64,000 nucleotides of DNA from an uncultured Verrucomicrobiae bacterium. Lineage in GTDB: Bacteria > Verrucomicrobiota > Verrucomicrobiia > Chthoniobacterales > UBA10450. Both the position numbers and the translations under genes were made by a program. Position 1 is the first letter of the stretch, and each line of letters opens with the position of its first letter. The notes under the pieces are model-generated. The model saw only the letters and a program-made list of their open reading frames with translations. It did no database searches and was not told where the DNA came from. Location: the NCBI GenBank assembly GCA_963815455.1, contig CAWFGO010000001.1:1344001-1408000 (forward strand), in the 5' to 3' direction. Below, one piece after another: positions 24,496 to 34,233 of this stretch.

Positions 24496-25692
24496 TCATG
24501 ACGCTTTTCCTTTCAGAAGACGGCAAACGCTTTTTGCCATTATCAATTCTTCATCGGTGCGGATGACCCGCACAGACACCCGACTTCCGCTCTTCGAAAT
24601 TACCTCCGCGTTCGCCGCGTTTGGTTGTTGATCGAGTTCGATTCCGAGAAATCCAAGGCCTTCGCAGATGCGGGCGCGAATCGCCGGCGCGTTTTCCCCG
24701 ATCCCGCCGGTAAACGTGAGCGTGTCGAGTCCTCCGAGCGCAGCGGCGAACGCCCCGATCCATTTTTTGACCTGATAACAGAACAGCGTCACCGCATCCT
24801 CGGCGCGTGGGTCGTTGGCTTCACGCGCGAGCAAGTCGCGCATATCCGAGCTCGTCTCCGAAATACCTAACAATCCAGATTGCCGGTTAATCATGGTGTG
24901 AAATTGTTCCGCAGTCATCTGCTCGGTCTGCGCGAAAAATCCAACCAGGCCCGGATCGAGGTCGCCTGAACGCGTGCTCATCGGCAACCCTGCGGCCGGA
25001 GTGAACGCCATACTTGTGTCGACGGGCTGACCGTCACGCACCGCGGCGAGACTCGCGCCATTGCCGAGATGAGCGAGGATCACACGACCGTCCATCCGCG
25101 GCTGCGTCATGAGGTATTTGTAAGATAAGCCGTGAAAGCCGTAACGCCGCACACCTTTCGCCTCGTAACGACGCGGAATCGGCAGCAATTTTGCCACGCG
25201 CGGCATCGCGCTGTGAAACGCGGTGTCGAAACAAGCGATTTGTGGCGTGCCCGGAAGTTTCGCCGTCAAACATTCCATGAGCGCGATCTCAGCGGGCAGA
25301 TGCTCGGGATCGAACGCCCTAATACGCCGTAATTCAGTCAGCATCGCATTATCGACACGTTGCGGCTTCTCATAACGCGGGCCTCCGTGAACTACGCGAT
25401 GGCCAACGGCATTGAAGCTGGCTTTCGGAGTTGTTGTCGAAAGGCGCTCCAGCAAATGTTCCAATCCTGCGATGTGGTCGATCGCCGGGATTTCCGCTCG
25501 CTCCGTTTCCTGGCTGTCGATCTTCGTTAACGTGAACGACGCTTTCGACGATCCGATACGGTCAATGTTGCCGGTGAATGTTCGAATCAACTTCGCGCTG
25601 ATGCTGAACACGGCAAACCTCAGACTCGACGAGCCGGCATTTAGAACCAGCACTAACCTTGCTGCTGGATCATTGCTCGTTTGATTGCTCAC
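24496..25692 (-). CDS. ackA: Acetate kinase
   Basis: LNAGSSSL, GHRVVHGG, FDTAFH, YGFHGLSY, HLGNGAS, TGGIGEN, TDEE. Confidence 0.95.
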   Translation of the reverse strand: MSNQTSNDPAARLVLVLNAGSSSLRFAVFSISAKLIRTFTGNIDRIGSSKASFTLTKIDSQETERAEIPAIDHIAGLEHLLERLSTTTPKASFNAVGHRVVHGGPRYEKPQRVDNAMLTELRRIRAFDPEHLPAEIALMECLTAKLPGTPQIACFDTAFHSAMPRVAKLLPIPRRYEAKGVRRYGFHGLSYKYLMTQPRMDGRVILAHLGNGASLAAVRDGQPVDTSMAFTPAAGLPMSTRSGDLDPGLVGFFAQTEQMTAEQFHTMINRQSGLLGISETSSDMRDLLAREANDPRAEDAVTLFCYQVKKWIGAFAAALGGLDTLTFTGGIGENAPAIRARICEGLGFLGIELDQQPNAANAEVISKSGSRVSVRVIRTDEELIMAKSVCRLLKGKAS

Positions 25693-25720
25693 GGTCGCAG
25701 TTATCTACGTGATCGACACG

Positions 25721-26323
25721 TCAGCGGTTACTCAAACGGGACCGCGCGGAAGATTTCTTAGCGCTTGTTTGTATCCGTCGCAGTGGCGTCGTTGCATTCG
25801 AGAAACTGTCGCGCGCAGTCGAAAACGACGGCACGACAACCACCGGGCACCGCGCATGTCGCACCGTGCCTTCCGCGACACTGCCAATCACCGCGCGGCG
25901 AAAACCAGTCCGGCCGTGCGTCGAGATAATGATCAAATCAACCTGTTCTTTGGCGGCAGCCTCATAGATCGCGGCCGGACAGTATCCAGCAACCGCAGAT
26001 GTATCGACCGGAACACCATCGAAATCGACCCCCTTGAGGAAAGCGCGCATCTGATCACGAGATCGGCGCCACGCTGCTAGGGTGTAGTCCGACGAATTGT
26101 AATCGCCGTAGCCACTCGTCATCATAACGGGGCCGAGATCGGCTATGTGCAGGACAACGATCCGCGCACCAACTTCCTTGGCGAATCTCACCGCATACGT
26201 TAGACCTGCCAGGGAACAGTCCGAGAAGTCGACCGGAACCAAAATGTTACGAATAAGTCGATGCTGTGCGTGGTCGCGCAAAGTAGATGAGGTTTGCGGA
26301 GCTGTGAGCAGCACTTTTTTCAT
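25721..26323 (-). CDS. Universal stress protein
   Basis: ILVPVDFS...STHGRTG...[29 protein letters not shown]. Confidence 0.92.
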   Translation of the reverse strand: MKKVLLTAPQTSSTLRDHAQHRLIRNILVPVDFSDCSLAGLTYAVRFAKEVGARIVVLHIADLGPVMMTSGYGDYNSSDYTLAAWRRSRDQMRAFLKGVDFDGVPVDTSAVAGYCPAAIYEAAAKEQVDLIIISTHGRTGFRRAVIGSVAEGTVRHARCPVVVVPSFSTARDSFSNATTPLRRIQTSAKKSSARSRLSNR

Positions 26324-26480
26324 AACGCCTCCTTTTTAGTTTAGCCTACCTCCCTCGGTTGCGCGCGAAAGCCTTCGCTTGCGTTTTACCAGGCAAAAAT
26401 TGCGCGAGGATCTGGAGGATGAGATCGGAAGATTACTCTCAGGAACAATGTGATCTGTTTCGTGTGGGTGCATTGGTTGA

Positions 26481-26515
26481 CACTCTATTTCCCGAGTTTA
26501 AAGCACACCATTTCA
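26481..26515 (-). promoter_or_regulatory. Putative ECF promoter, copy 2 (upstream of usp-ackA)
   Basis: TGAAAT-GGTGTGCTTTAAACT-CGGGAAATAGA-GTG. Confidence 0.75.
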
Positions 26516-26582
26516 GAGAAATTTCGCAGCGCGGGATCAAGCTCCTCGCGAGCTTAGGCTCTTCGCTTCTTCCTTCACCGGG

Positions 26583-27032
26583 CTACTGCAAAGCTGCGTG
26601 CATCGACATCAGTTCGCTCCGGCAGGCTTCGCTAAATGCCTTGAGCGGATCATCGCCTTCGTCGTGCACGCGCCGGTGCAATTCTTCGAGCGAAACATTC
26701 GGCGCGAAATATTGCTCCACGATGAATGTGACGACCGCTTGCGCCTGCGCGAGCACCGCCTCCGAGGCGCAAAGCCGGATGCGGTTGAGCGAGGCATAGA
26801 TCGACAACAGCCTGCCCGATTTGTCGAGATTCTGCTCGAGCGAATGCATCACATGCTTCGAGCATTCGTCGATGAATTCGCCGTAAAGGGCTTCGCGTTT
26901 CTTAACCTCGGCGCGCACTTCCTCGCGCTTATTCAACGTTCTTTGCGTGACTCAGGCTGTCGCTACGCTTGCTGAGCCGCCCAACAGTGACCCGAAGAGA
27001 CCTGACCGGGCCGTAACGATTGCGGCGTTCAT
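26583..27032 (-). pseudogene. Hypothetical protein interrupted by an in-frame TGA at 26952-26954
   Basis: ATG at 27032 gives MNAAIVTARSGLFGSLLGGSASVATA*VTQRTLNKREE..., continuous with the 117-aa ORF; TGG>TGA is the simplest explanation. Confidence 0.6.
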
Positions 27033-27034
27033 GG

Positions 27035-27241
27035 CTAGGATCGCTGCGAAGCGTAAATTAGCTCCTTCGAGGCAACGGTGACCGGCTTAGCAGCAGGTGG
27101 CACCGTCTTCTCTGCCCCACCCGACTTGCGTCCGGTCCCGAGCCGTTCCACCACATAAAACGTTACCGGAACTAGAAAGATCGCGATTCCGGGGGCCTCG
27201 AGCATTCCGCCGATGACGGTTGAGCCTAAGACGCGGCGGGC
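27035..27241 (-). pseudogene. C-terminal remnant of an AcrB-type RND permease
   Basis: ARRVLGSTVIGGMLEAPGIAIFLVPVTFYVVERL resembles RND TM12; the rest of the gene is absent. Confidence 0.7.
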
Positions 27242-27341
27242 AACCGCACAACAAGACCGATTTGCGCATAGACATCGTTCTCCATGTGGGCAGCCACAGC
27301 GTGGCAAAAGTGCATGGCTGCTGTGCATTAGAACTTTCACA

Positions 27342-27755
27342 TCAGGCGGCGGCGGTTAATGCGGGAAGGTTCTCTTCGATGATTCGGATCAATTCCCGGC
27401 TAGTTACCGGCTTGGCTACGATCCGATGCCCATCAATGCGACGTCCTTCCTTTGCTTCTTCCGGTGTGACAAGCGCAGTAACGAACACGATCGGTACTCG
27501 GCGCAACCTCCAGTCGGCACCAAGCTCAGTCGCGATCTCGGCGCCGTCCAGGTCAGGCATGATTAGATCGAGAAGAATAAGATCGGGCTGGAAGCTACGC
27601 GCTGTCTCCAGGACGCGACGTGCATCGTTCTCCTCCCGCACGTGGTAGTGTGCGGTGCGTTCCAGAAGGCGCCGCGCGGTGCGCGTGAAGGCTGGGTTAT
27701 TATCCACAAGGAGGACTCGCGGACGTGTGTTACTTACTTCCGAAATTGTGTTCAT
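27342..27755 (-). CDS. Single-domain response regulator
   Basis: VLLVDNN, PDLILLDLIMPDLDG, PIVFVTA, AKP. Confidence 0.88.
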   Translation of the reverse strand: MNTISEVSNTRPRVLLVDNNPAFTRTARRLLERTAHYHVREENDARRVLETARSFQPDLILLDLIMPDLDGAEIATELGADWRLRRVPIVFVTALVTPEEAKEGRRIDGHRIVAKPVTSRELIRIIEENLPALTAAA

Positions 27756-27955
27756 ATTGGTTGACTCAGGCAGGTTGGCGCGCGTCCAGCGGTAAGCGCG
27801 CAAAGACCAGCCGCAGCTTCCGCTGCCGGTAACCCGAGATGGTTTCTAGTCCGTTTTGCCATTCGGCCATTAGTTTTCCGACCCGCGCCGGCCTGGCTGA
27901 GCGTTTTGCCGGACGAAACTACCTGAGTTCTATTCGCTTCAATTGTGCGGTTCAT
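27752..27955 (-). CDS. Small hypothetical protein (67 aa)
   Basis: Fills the gap exactly: starts 12 nt after the upstream stop and overlaps the receiver gene start by ATGA. Confidence 0.45.
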   Translation of the reverse strand: MNRTIEANRTQVVSSGKTLSQAGAGRKTNGRMAKRTRNHLGLPAAEAAAGLCALTAGRAPTCLSQPI

Positions 27956-27966
27956 AAGGCTGTGAC

Positions 27967-28350
27967 TTAGCAGGCATACTCAGCACCTGGGTTTCGCCCG
28001 CTGGCAAAGAGCTGAGTAAGCGAAGTCTGCAGCCGGCTTACCACTCGCCCGCAGCGGCGCATTCGATAGCGGAAGATGCCTAACGAGTGGTCGCCGATCA
28101 GTTCCTGGCGCAGGTGCGCCGGCGCGACGTCCATCAGCTGGCAAACATTCACGAATGAAAATGGCCAGGTAAAATCGTCGGACATGACCCATTGATAGGC
28201 ATCGAGATAGAGTTCGCGTTCGGCGCCGCTCCTGCCGCGATGGAACCGGCGCAAATCTTTTTTCGCCTGTTGCAGAATACCGGCAGCCAGCTCCTGGTGG
28301 TTTGTCTTTGATGGATAAAGGTCGGTCGCGTTCATCTTATTGATTGACAC
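27967..28350 (-). CDS. Hypothetical protein (MNATDLYPSK...WPFSFVNVC)
   Basis: Starts at motif copy 3 (GTG 28350 or in-frame ATG 28335); N-terminus paralogous to 35032..35262. Confidence 0.7.
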   Translation of the reverse strand: MSINKMNATDLYPSKTNHQELAAGILQQAKKDLRRFHRGRSGAERELYLDAYQWVMSDDFTWPFSFVNVCQLMDVAPAHLRQELIGDHSLGIFRYRMRRCGRVVSRLQTSLTQLFASGRNPGAEYAC

Positions 28351-28404
28351 CTTTATATCCCGAGTTTGCCAACAGACATTTCAGGAGACTTGTGATTTTT
28401 TGCG
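28265..28404 (-). repeat. About 140-bp diverged duplication (promoter plus first ~25 codons); partner at 35177..35316
   Basis: Colinear similarity, e.g. TTGTCTTTGATGGATAAAGGTCGGTCGC vs TTGTCTTGGATGGATAAAAGTCTGTCGC, and ACAGACATTTCAGGA in both. Confidence 0.85.
28348..28383 (-). promoter_or_regulatory. Putative ECF promoter, copy 3
   Basis: TGAAAT-GTCTGTTGGCAAACT-CGGGATATAAAG-GTG. Confidence 0.75.
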
Positions 28405-28495
28405 GTGGCGACGCCGCACGCAAATCTGGCAGGCTGTCGCCAACGGTGCCGTCGAGATCGAACACGAGCGCGGCTTGCTGCATTGAACCACCGTG

Positions 28496-28768
28496 TTACA
28501 ACAGCGGCCAAAACATCGCGAGCAGTAGCAGAATAATCACTGCGCTAAATGCCACTACCGGCCAGTTGTTCTTTGGCTTTGATGCGGCTTCGATATCGCT
28601 TAATAAACGGATCGTGGCCGGATGGTCATCGAAGATCAGGACGCGACGAATGGGCGCTGTTCCTTCACTTACTCCATCCTCGCGCGAAACGAATACAAAG
28701 ACGCGCGTGCGCGTCGTGCCTAACGAGTCGCGCGTTGTTCGAAACGGCCGTTGATCTGCGGCGCGCAT
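28496..28768 (-). CDS. Small membrane protein with a receiver-like beta1 segment and C-terminal TM
   Basis: RRVLIFDDHPATIRLL followed by hydrophobic WPVVAFSAVIILLLLAMFWPLL. Confidence 0.55.
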   Translation of the reverse strand: MRAADQRPFRTTRDSLGTTRTRVFVFVSREDGVSEGTAPIRRVLIFDDHPATIRLLSDIEAASKPKNNWPVVAFSAVIILLLLAMFWPLL

Positions 28769-28799
28769 AGTTAAAGTGAGACGCTGCGGAGTTGCATGA

Positions 28800-28835
28800 C
28801 ATCTCTATCTCACGACTTCGAAGCGCTACCTTTCA
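28800..28835 (-). promoter_or_regulatory. Putative ECF promoter, copy 4
   Basis: TGAAAG-GTAGCGCTTCGAAGT-CGTGAGATAGAG-ATG. Confidence 0.65.
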
Positions 28836-28922
28836 GCGAAATGAGTATTTCCTCTGTCGCGGCCGGTCGTTAATGATCACGCACGGCTTGCGAGACAAAA
28901 GATTGTAGTGGGTCAGTCTGAA

Positions 28923-29170
28923 TCAGAGCTCGAAAATCATTACCGCCATGAGGATGACGGCGTGAATCCAGACGAGCACCACCATTGCCAGACGGAGGTT
29001 CGCTGACGCATACGTGTCGCCCTCGACGCCTTTGTAGCCGAAGAGCATTTTCCGGCGCCGAAAGACGTGAATGCCTGCACCGATGAGGAGCAATTCCAAG
29101 AGGCCGAAGAACACCTTTAGAGCAACTGCGAACCGGCTCCTGAGCGCGCTATTGCAAGAATCTCGTTCAT
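28923..29170 (-). CDS. Small 2-TM membrane protein (5' end probably frameshifted)
   Basis: TM-RRRKMLF-loop-TM in ORF 28923..29114; an out-of-frame ATG sits at 29170. Confidence 0.55.
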
Positions 29171-29206
29171 TAGTTTAGCGGGGTAATGCCATGATCTTGT
29201 TGTTCG

Positions 29207-29473
29207 TCACGCGGACCAGATTGCGAAGAGGGTGGCGAGCGAAACCAGCATCAATACTCCCCAGACGATGAGGACAAGCTCCACGCGGATGTGCCGAACG
29301 CCATGACCGTCTTGATACTCAGCCAGCTCCGGATCGCGCTCGAATAGTTGACCGCGGCGGCGATGAATCCAGAAACCGACGCCGGCGAAAATGAGAACGG
29401 CGATGATGCTGATGACGCGGAGGGCAGGCAGACCGGCAGCGTCGAGAGTCGCAAATAGGTGAAGAGCTTGCAT
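29207..29473 (-). CDS. Small 2-TM membrane protein
   Basis: 88 aa, TM-RRRGQLF-loop-TM; starts 10 nt after the RND permease stop. Confidence 0.7.
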   Translation of the reverse strand: MQALHLFATLDAAGLPALRVISIIAVLIFAGVGFWIHRRRGQLFERDPELAEYQDGHGVRHIRVELVLIVWGVLMLVSLATLFAIWSA

Positions 29474-29482
29474 GATCTTAGG

Positions 29483-32400
29483 TTAACTGGCGACTGGCAC
29501 CGGCCCTGGTGCGCTAGTCGGAGTGGTCCGTTCTCCGTCTTCCCGGATTTTGAACCACTTGATGTAGAGCGATGGCAGCGCGATCAATGTCAACAATGTG
29601 GCCACTGCGAGACCGCCCATGATGGCGTAGGCCATGGGGCCCCAGAAGACGGTCGGCGCGATCGGCGCCATGCCCAGGATCATGGCCTGTGCGGTCAGGG
29701 TGATTGGACGGAAACGCACCAGGGAAGCTTCGACAACGGCATCCCAACCCCCGCGTCCCGCCGCTTTCTCGACTTCGATCTGGTCAACCATGATGACCGA
29801 GTTTCGGACGATCATGCCGATCAGCGCGACGGTGCCCAGCATCGCGACGAACCCCATCGGGCTTTGCGTGACCAACAGCGCAAGGACAACACCGATCACG
29901 CCAAGGGGCGCGACGCTGCAGACCAGGAACAGGCGGCTGAAACTCTGCATCTGGAACATCAGAACGGTAATCATCAGCACGACCACGATCGGGAAGACGG
30001 CGAGGACGGAGTTCTGTCCCTTCGCGCTTTCCTCGACGCTGCCGCCCTCGACGATCTTGTAGCCGACCGGCAGTTGCCGCTTCAGCTCGGAGACTTTTTG
30101 GGCAAGGCCCGCCACGGCGGTCGCTGGCAGCACGCCATCCCTGGGCTCGGCTTGAACGGTCAAGGTGGGCAGCCGGTCGCGGCGCCAGATGAGAGGCAAA
30201 TCCTGTTCGTACTCGACCTTGGCGAGCTCGCTCAATGGCACCGACCGTCCGTTCGAAAGTGGAATCTTCAGGGTCCGGATCGTCTCCAGCGACATGCGTT
30301 CATCCGCCTGGGCTCGCACTACCACGTCAATGAGGTAGATGCTGTCGCGCACCTGGGTTGACGTGATGCCAGAGACGGCGGCGTTGATCATCTGGGCGAC
30401 GGCCGCCGAGCTGAGCCCCAATTGCCTCGCCTCATCCTGGTTGACGCGGATCCGGAGCTTTCGGATCGGGTCCATCCAGTTGAAGCTAACTCTTTGGATG
30501 TCGGGGCTCGCCCCCACGATCCCGGCCAGTTTGTCGGCAAGTTCACGCACCTGATGCGGATCGCCGCCGCTGACCCGATACTGAACCGGCCAGCCCACCG
30601 GCGGCCCCAGCTCGAGCGGGAAAACCCGGCCGACCGCCTCGGGGAACTTTTCCTGAAGCGCAGACTGAAGTCGTTGCTTGACCTGGTCCCGCACCTTCAG
30701 GCTCTTGGTGACAATGATGGTTTGGGCGAAGAAATCGTTTTGGAGCTGCACATCGAGCGGCAGGTAGAATCGAATTGCGCCGCGCCCAACGTAGGAACTC
30801 CAGTGGTCGATATCGGGGTCGCTACGGAGGATTTCGTCGAGCTTTTGCGAGGCCGTATCCGTGGCATAAATCGAGGCGTCGTGCCTCAGGCGCAGATCGA
30901 GCACGAGTTCCGGCCGGTCCGACGCGGGGAAGAACTGGCTGGGCACAAACCGCGCCAGCCAGAGCGACACGCCGAAAATCGCGATCGTCACCGCCAGCGT
31001 CACTTTGGCGTGACGCATGGTAAAGAGCAGCAGGCGCCGATAAACACTGAGCACGCGCCCGCCACCTTCGTGGTGGCCCTTGCCTTCGCCCTCCTGCTTG
31101 GGGGGCTTTAAGAGCATCGTCCCAATCAGCGGCGTGAAGAGCGCGGCGACGACCCAGGAGGTGAGAACGGCGATCACCACGACCGCGAAGAGCGTGAAGG
31201 TGTATTCGCCCGCCGAACTCTTGGCGAACCCGACCGGCACGAAGCCGAGCGCTATCACCAAGGTGCCGGTGAGCCTCGGATAAGCGGTGGAGGCATAAGC
31301 AAAGATCCCCGCTTTGATCCTGTCCCAGCCATGATCCACCTTGGAGACCATGGCCTCGATGGTGATCATCGCGTCATCGACCAGCAGCCCCAGCGCGATG
31401 ATGAGCGCCCCGAGCGAGATGCGCTGCAAGTCGATCCCGCAGATCTGCATGACGATAAAAACAATGGCCAGCACGAGCGGGATGGAGGCCGCCACCACCA
31501 GGCCCGGCCGCAGGCCCAGATTCAGGAAGCTGATGACGAGAACGATCGCGATCGCCTCCCACAGCGCCTTCATGAATTCGTTCACCGCTTCTTCCACTAC
31601 CTTCGGCTGATTGGAGACCAGGAAGGTCTCGATGCCGACGGGCAGGTCCGCTTTGAGCTCCTCCATCACGTGTTCCAGGTTTTTTTCCAACGCGAGGATG
31701 TCGCCGCCGGTGCGCATCGAGAGCGCCACGCCGATGGCGTCCTTGCCGTTGACGCGGAATTTCGGCTGCGGCGGGTCGGCGTAGCCGCGCGTGATCGTGG
31801 CGATGTCGCCCAGCCTCAGCATCTTGCCGCCGAAGACGAAGTTGACCTGCTGCAAGTCCTTTTCGGATTCAAACCGTCCGGTCACATCGACGAGCACGGC
31901 CTCGTTTTTCGTCTGGATCACGCCGGAGGGAACCACGGCGTTCTGGGTGACGAGCGCCTGGATCAGTTGCATGCGGTCCATGCCGAGTTCGGCGAGGCGG
32001 TGCGTGGAGAACTCGACGTAGATCCGCTCGTCCTGGGTGCCCAGGAATTCGGCTTTGGAGACATCTTTCACTCGAAGCAGACGCGAGCGCGCCTCTTCCG
32101 CGTAATCGCGCAATTCCCGGTGACTGAAACCGTCCGCCGTGAAGCCATAGATGATCCCGTAGGTGTCGCCGAATTCGTCGTTAAAAAACGGCCCGACGAT
32201 TCCTTGCGGGAGCGTCTGCCGGATATCGCCGACTTTCTTGCGGACCTGATACCAAAGGTCCGGCACATCCTTCTTAGCGGTAGACTCGAGAAGATAGACA
32301 AAGACGGTGGACGTCCCGGCGACGGTATAGCTCTTCAAATAGTAAAGATTGGGCGTGTCTTGCAGCTTCTTCTCGATGCGGTCGGTCACCTGCTGCATGG

Positions 32401-32584
32401 TCTCGTCCTGGGTCGCGCCCGGCCAGAGCGTCACGACCACCATCGTTTTGACCGTGAATTCGGGGTCTTCATTGCGCCCCAAGTGGAGATACGCCGAGAC
32501 CCCAGCCACCAGGCAGACGATCATGAAGTAGATGACGAGCGCCTTGTGGCGGATCGCCAATTCGGTCAGATTGACGCCTTTCAT
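29483..32584 (-). CDS. RND efflux permease (AcrB/AcrD/AcrF family, MexK/TriC-like)
   Basis: 1033 aa; GPFFNDEFGD, GLLVDDAMITIE, RFRPI. Confidence 0.93.
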   Translation of the reverse strand: MKGVNLTELAIRHKALVIYFMIVCLVAGVSAYLHLGRNEDPEFTVKTMVVVTLWPGATQDETMQQVTDRIEKKLQDTPNLYYLKSYTVAGTSTVFVYLLESTAKKDVPDLWYQVRKKVGDIRQTLPQGIVGPFFNDEFGDTYGIIYGFTADGFSHRELRDYAEEARSRLLRVKDVSKAEFLGTQDERIYVEFSTHRLAELGMDRMQLIQALVTQNAVVPSGVIQTKNEAVLVDVTGRFESEKDLQQVNFVFGGKMLRLGDIATITRGYADPPQPKFRVNGKDAIGVALSMRTGGDILALEKNLEHVMEELKADLPVGIETFLVSNQPKVVEEAVNEFMKALWEAIAIVLVISFLNLGLRPGLVVAASIPLVLAIVFIVMQICGIDLQRISLGALIIALGLLVDDAMITIEAMVSKVDHGWDRIKAGIFAYASTAYPRLTGTLVIALGFVPVGFAKSSAGEYTFTLFAVVVIAVLTSWVVAALFTPLIGTMLLKPPKQEGEGKGHHEGGGRVLSVYRRLLLFTMRHAKVTLAVTIAIFGVSLWLARFVPSQFFPASDRPELVLDLRLRHDASIYATDTASQKLDEILRSDPDIDHWSSYVGRGAIRFYLPLDVQLQNDFFAQTIIVTKSLKVRDQVKQRLQSALQEKFPEAVGRVFPLELGPPVGWPVQYRVSGGDPHQVRELADKLAGIVGASPDIQRVSFNWMDPIRKLRIRVNQDEARQLGLSSAAVAQMINAAVSGITSTQVRDSIYLIDVVVRAQADERMSLETIRTLKIPLSNGRSVPLSELAKVEYEQDLPLIWRRDRLPTLTVQAEPRDGVLPATAVAGLAQKVSELKRQLPVGYKIVEGGSVEESAKGQNSVLAVFPIVVVLMITVLMFQMQSFSRLFLVCSVAPLGVIGVVLALLVTQSPMGFVAMLGTVALIGMIVRNSVIMVDQIEVEKAAGRGGWDAVVEASLVRFRPITLTAQAMILGMAPIAPTVFWGPMAYAIMGGLAVATLLTLIALPSLYIKWFKIREDGERTTPTSAPGPVPVAS

Positions 32585-33694
32585 TATTCGCCTCCCAACA
32601 GCTTTACGGTTTGACCGTCGTAGAGTTCCTGCACCCCGGCGGTCACCACCCTTTCGCCGGAATTCAGCCCGTCCGTCACGATGACAGAGTCCGGCGCATG
32701 GCGCGCAATGACGATTTCCCGCCGGTGCACGCGCTGATCCTTTGCATCGACCACCCAGACCGCGGGCTTGCTTTCGATCATCGTCAGCGCTGAAGAAGGA
32801 ATTTCGATCACCGAGTCGCCCTTCAATTTCAGGCGCCCGAGGACCGTCGCCCCCAGAAGCATTCCCGAGGGCGGATCGGTGAGTTCGACTTTGACCTGGT
32901 AGTTGCGTGTTACCGGATCGGCCTGCGGCGATATTTCACGGACCTTGCCGTCCACCTTGATCTCTGGATGGTCCGCGAGCCAAACCTCACCTTGCGCACC
33001 TAACGAGAGGCCGTCGCGCATGGCCTGGGCGGGCACGTCGAAAACGGCATCGCGCCCGGTTTGCTGCGCCACCTGCAGGACCATCTTGCCCGCGGGCACG
33101 ACCTCGCCCACCTCGGCCCCTTTTTCCGTGATAACGCCGGCGGCATCGGACTTGAGTTCCGTGTAACTCAACTGTTCTTCGGCCGATTTCAGTTTGGCTT
33201 GCGCCGCATCCAACTGCGCTTGCGACGTCTTTAGCTGGCGCAAGGCGCTATCGTATTCATTGGGGGAGATAACCAACTCGGTAAGCAACTTCTTCTGACG
33301 CCGTTCAAATGCCTCCGATTGGTCCAGCGTGGCTCTCGCGGCGGCAACGTCGGCGTGCGCGGAGTCCCGGGCGTTTCGTTCGACTTCGGCATCCAGCAGC
33401 GCCACCGTCTGCCCGGCTTCGACCTTGTCGCCGACGCCCAGTTTTCTTTCGATGACTCCTCCCGGCGATCCGGAAGGCGAGATTGACCTCGTTGCGCGCG
33501 CGCAGATGGCCGGACACGACCTTTGGGTCCCCGACCTGACGTTTTTCAACAACGACCGAGCGGACCGGGCGGACCACCGGCGGCGGCTCGGTTTTCTTTT
33601 TGCATGCGCCCAATGCCAGAAGCGCGAGGGCCATTGGGATGGCAAGGCGTCCGAGGCCGAACAATGGGGGACAAATGGAATTCAGAATTTTCAT
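32584..33694 (-). CDS. RND periplasmic adaptor (MFP) lipoprotein, +1 frameshift near 33458
   Basis: ORF 33305..33694 has lipobox LALGAC and VRPVRS...LAFRIAG; it continues in ORF 32584..33645 (VIERKLGVGD...ISPQADPVTR). Confidence 0.85.
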
Positions 33695-33852
33695 GAGCGT
33701 CTACAGGTTTCGGTTGTGTGGATGCGGATTTCCGCAAAGAGCAAAAAGCCGCAGTTCTGGAGCGTGCAGGAAACCCGTCGTGTCGCTGGCACGCAGCGGG
33801 TCGCGGGCGAGGCCCGGAAAAGGTGAATCGTCAGCGCCTTGGAGCATCGTTT

Positions 33853-34218
33853 TCATGTTTTTGCTCCAATTTTCGCGCCGGACCGAAATAGCTCGAGAGC
33901 TTGTGTCATCTGGCGTTTGTTTTGCTCGGTCAGCGGCCCGCTGCCGCTGCCGGGGATGACCCAGAAACCAAAGTCGTGGTCATGACAGTAGAAAACTTCG
34001 ATGTTTTGTTGCGGAACCGCATGGTAGAAGCTGGAGTGCGGATGGTCGGCCATTAGGCGCAGGAACTCCTCCCGCCAGGGATCACCGACGAACTCATCCT
34101 CATGCTCCTTCGCGATCTTCCTTAGTTCTTCGATGCTGATGCTTCGCAAAGACTCTAGGATGTGTTTTCGCCGCTCTTCATGGAGGGTTTCAATATTTAC
34201 GAATTCATCGAATGGCAT
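33853..34218 (-). CDS. Hypothetical protein (121 aa)
   Basis: Strong AAAGGAGG RBS; globular composition. Confidence 0.75.
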   Translation of the reverse strand: MPFDEFVNIETLHEERRKHILESLRSISIEELRKIAKEHEDEFVGDPWREEFLRLMADHPHSSFYHAVPQQNIEVFYCHDHDFGFWVIPGSGSGPLTEQNKRQMTQALELFRSGAKIGAKT

Positions 34219-34233
34219 AACGACTACCTCCTT

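Noticed and set aside
26952..26954. In-frame TGA as selenocysteine or recoded Trp
   Set aside because: No redox motif context or evident SECIS; TGA is a normal stop in many genes in this window
29459..32614. Long plus-strand ORFs (31331..32614, 29459..30361; also 3464..4372)
   Set aside because: Antisense shadows of high-GC genes with no recognisable motifs
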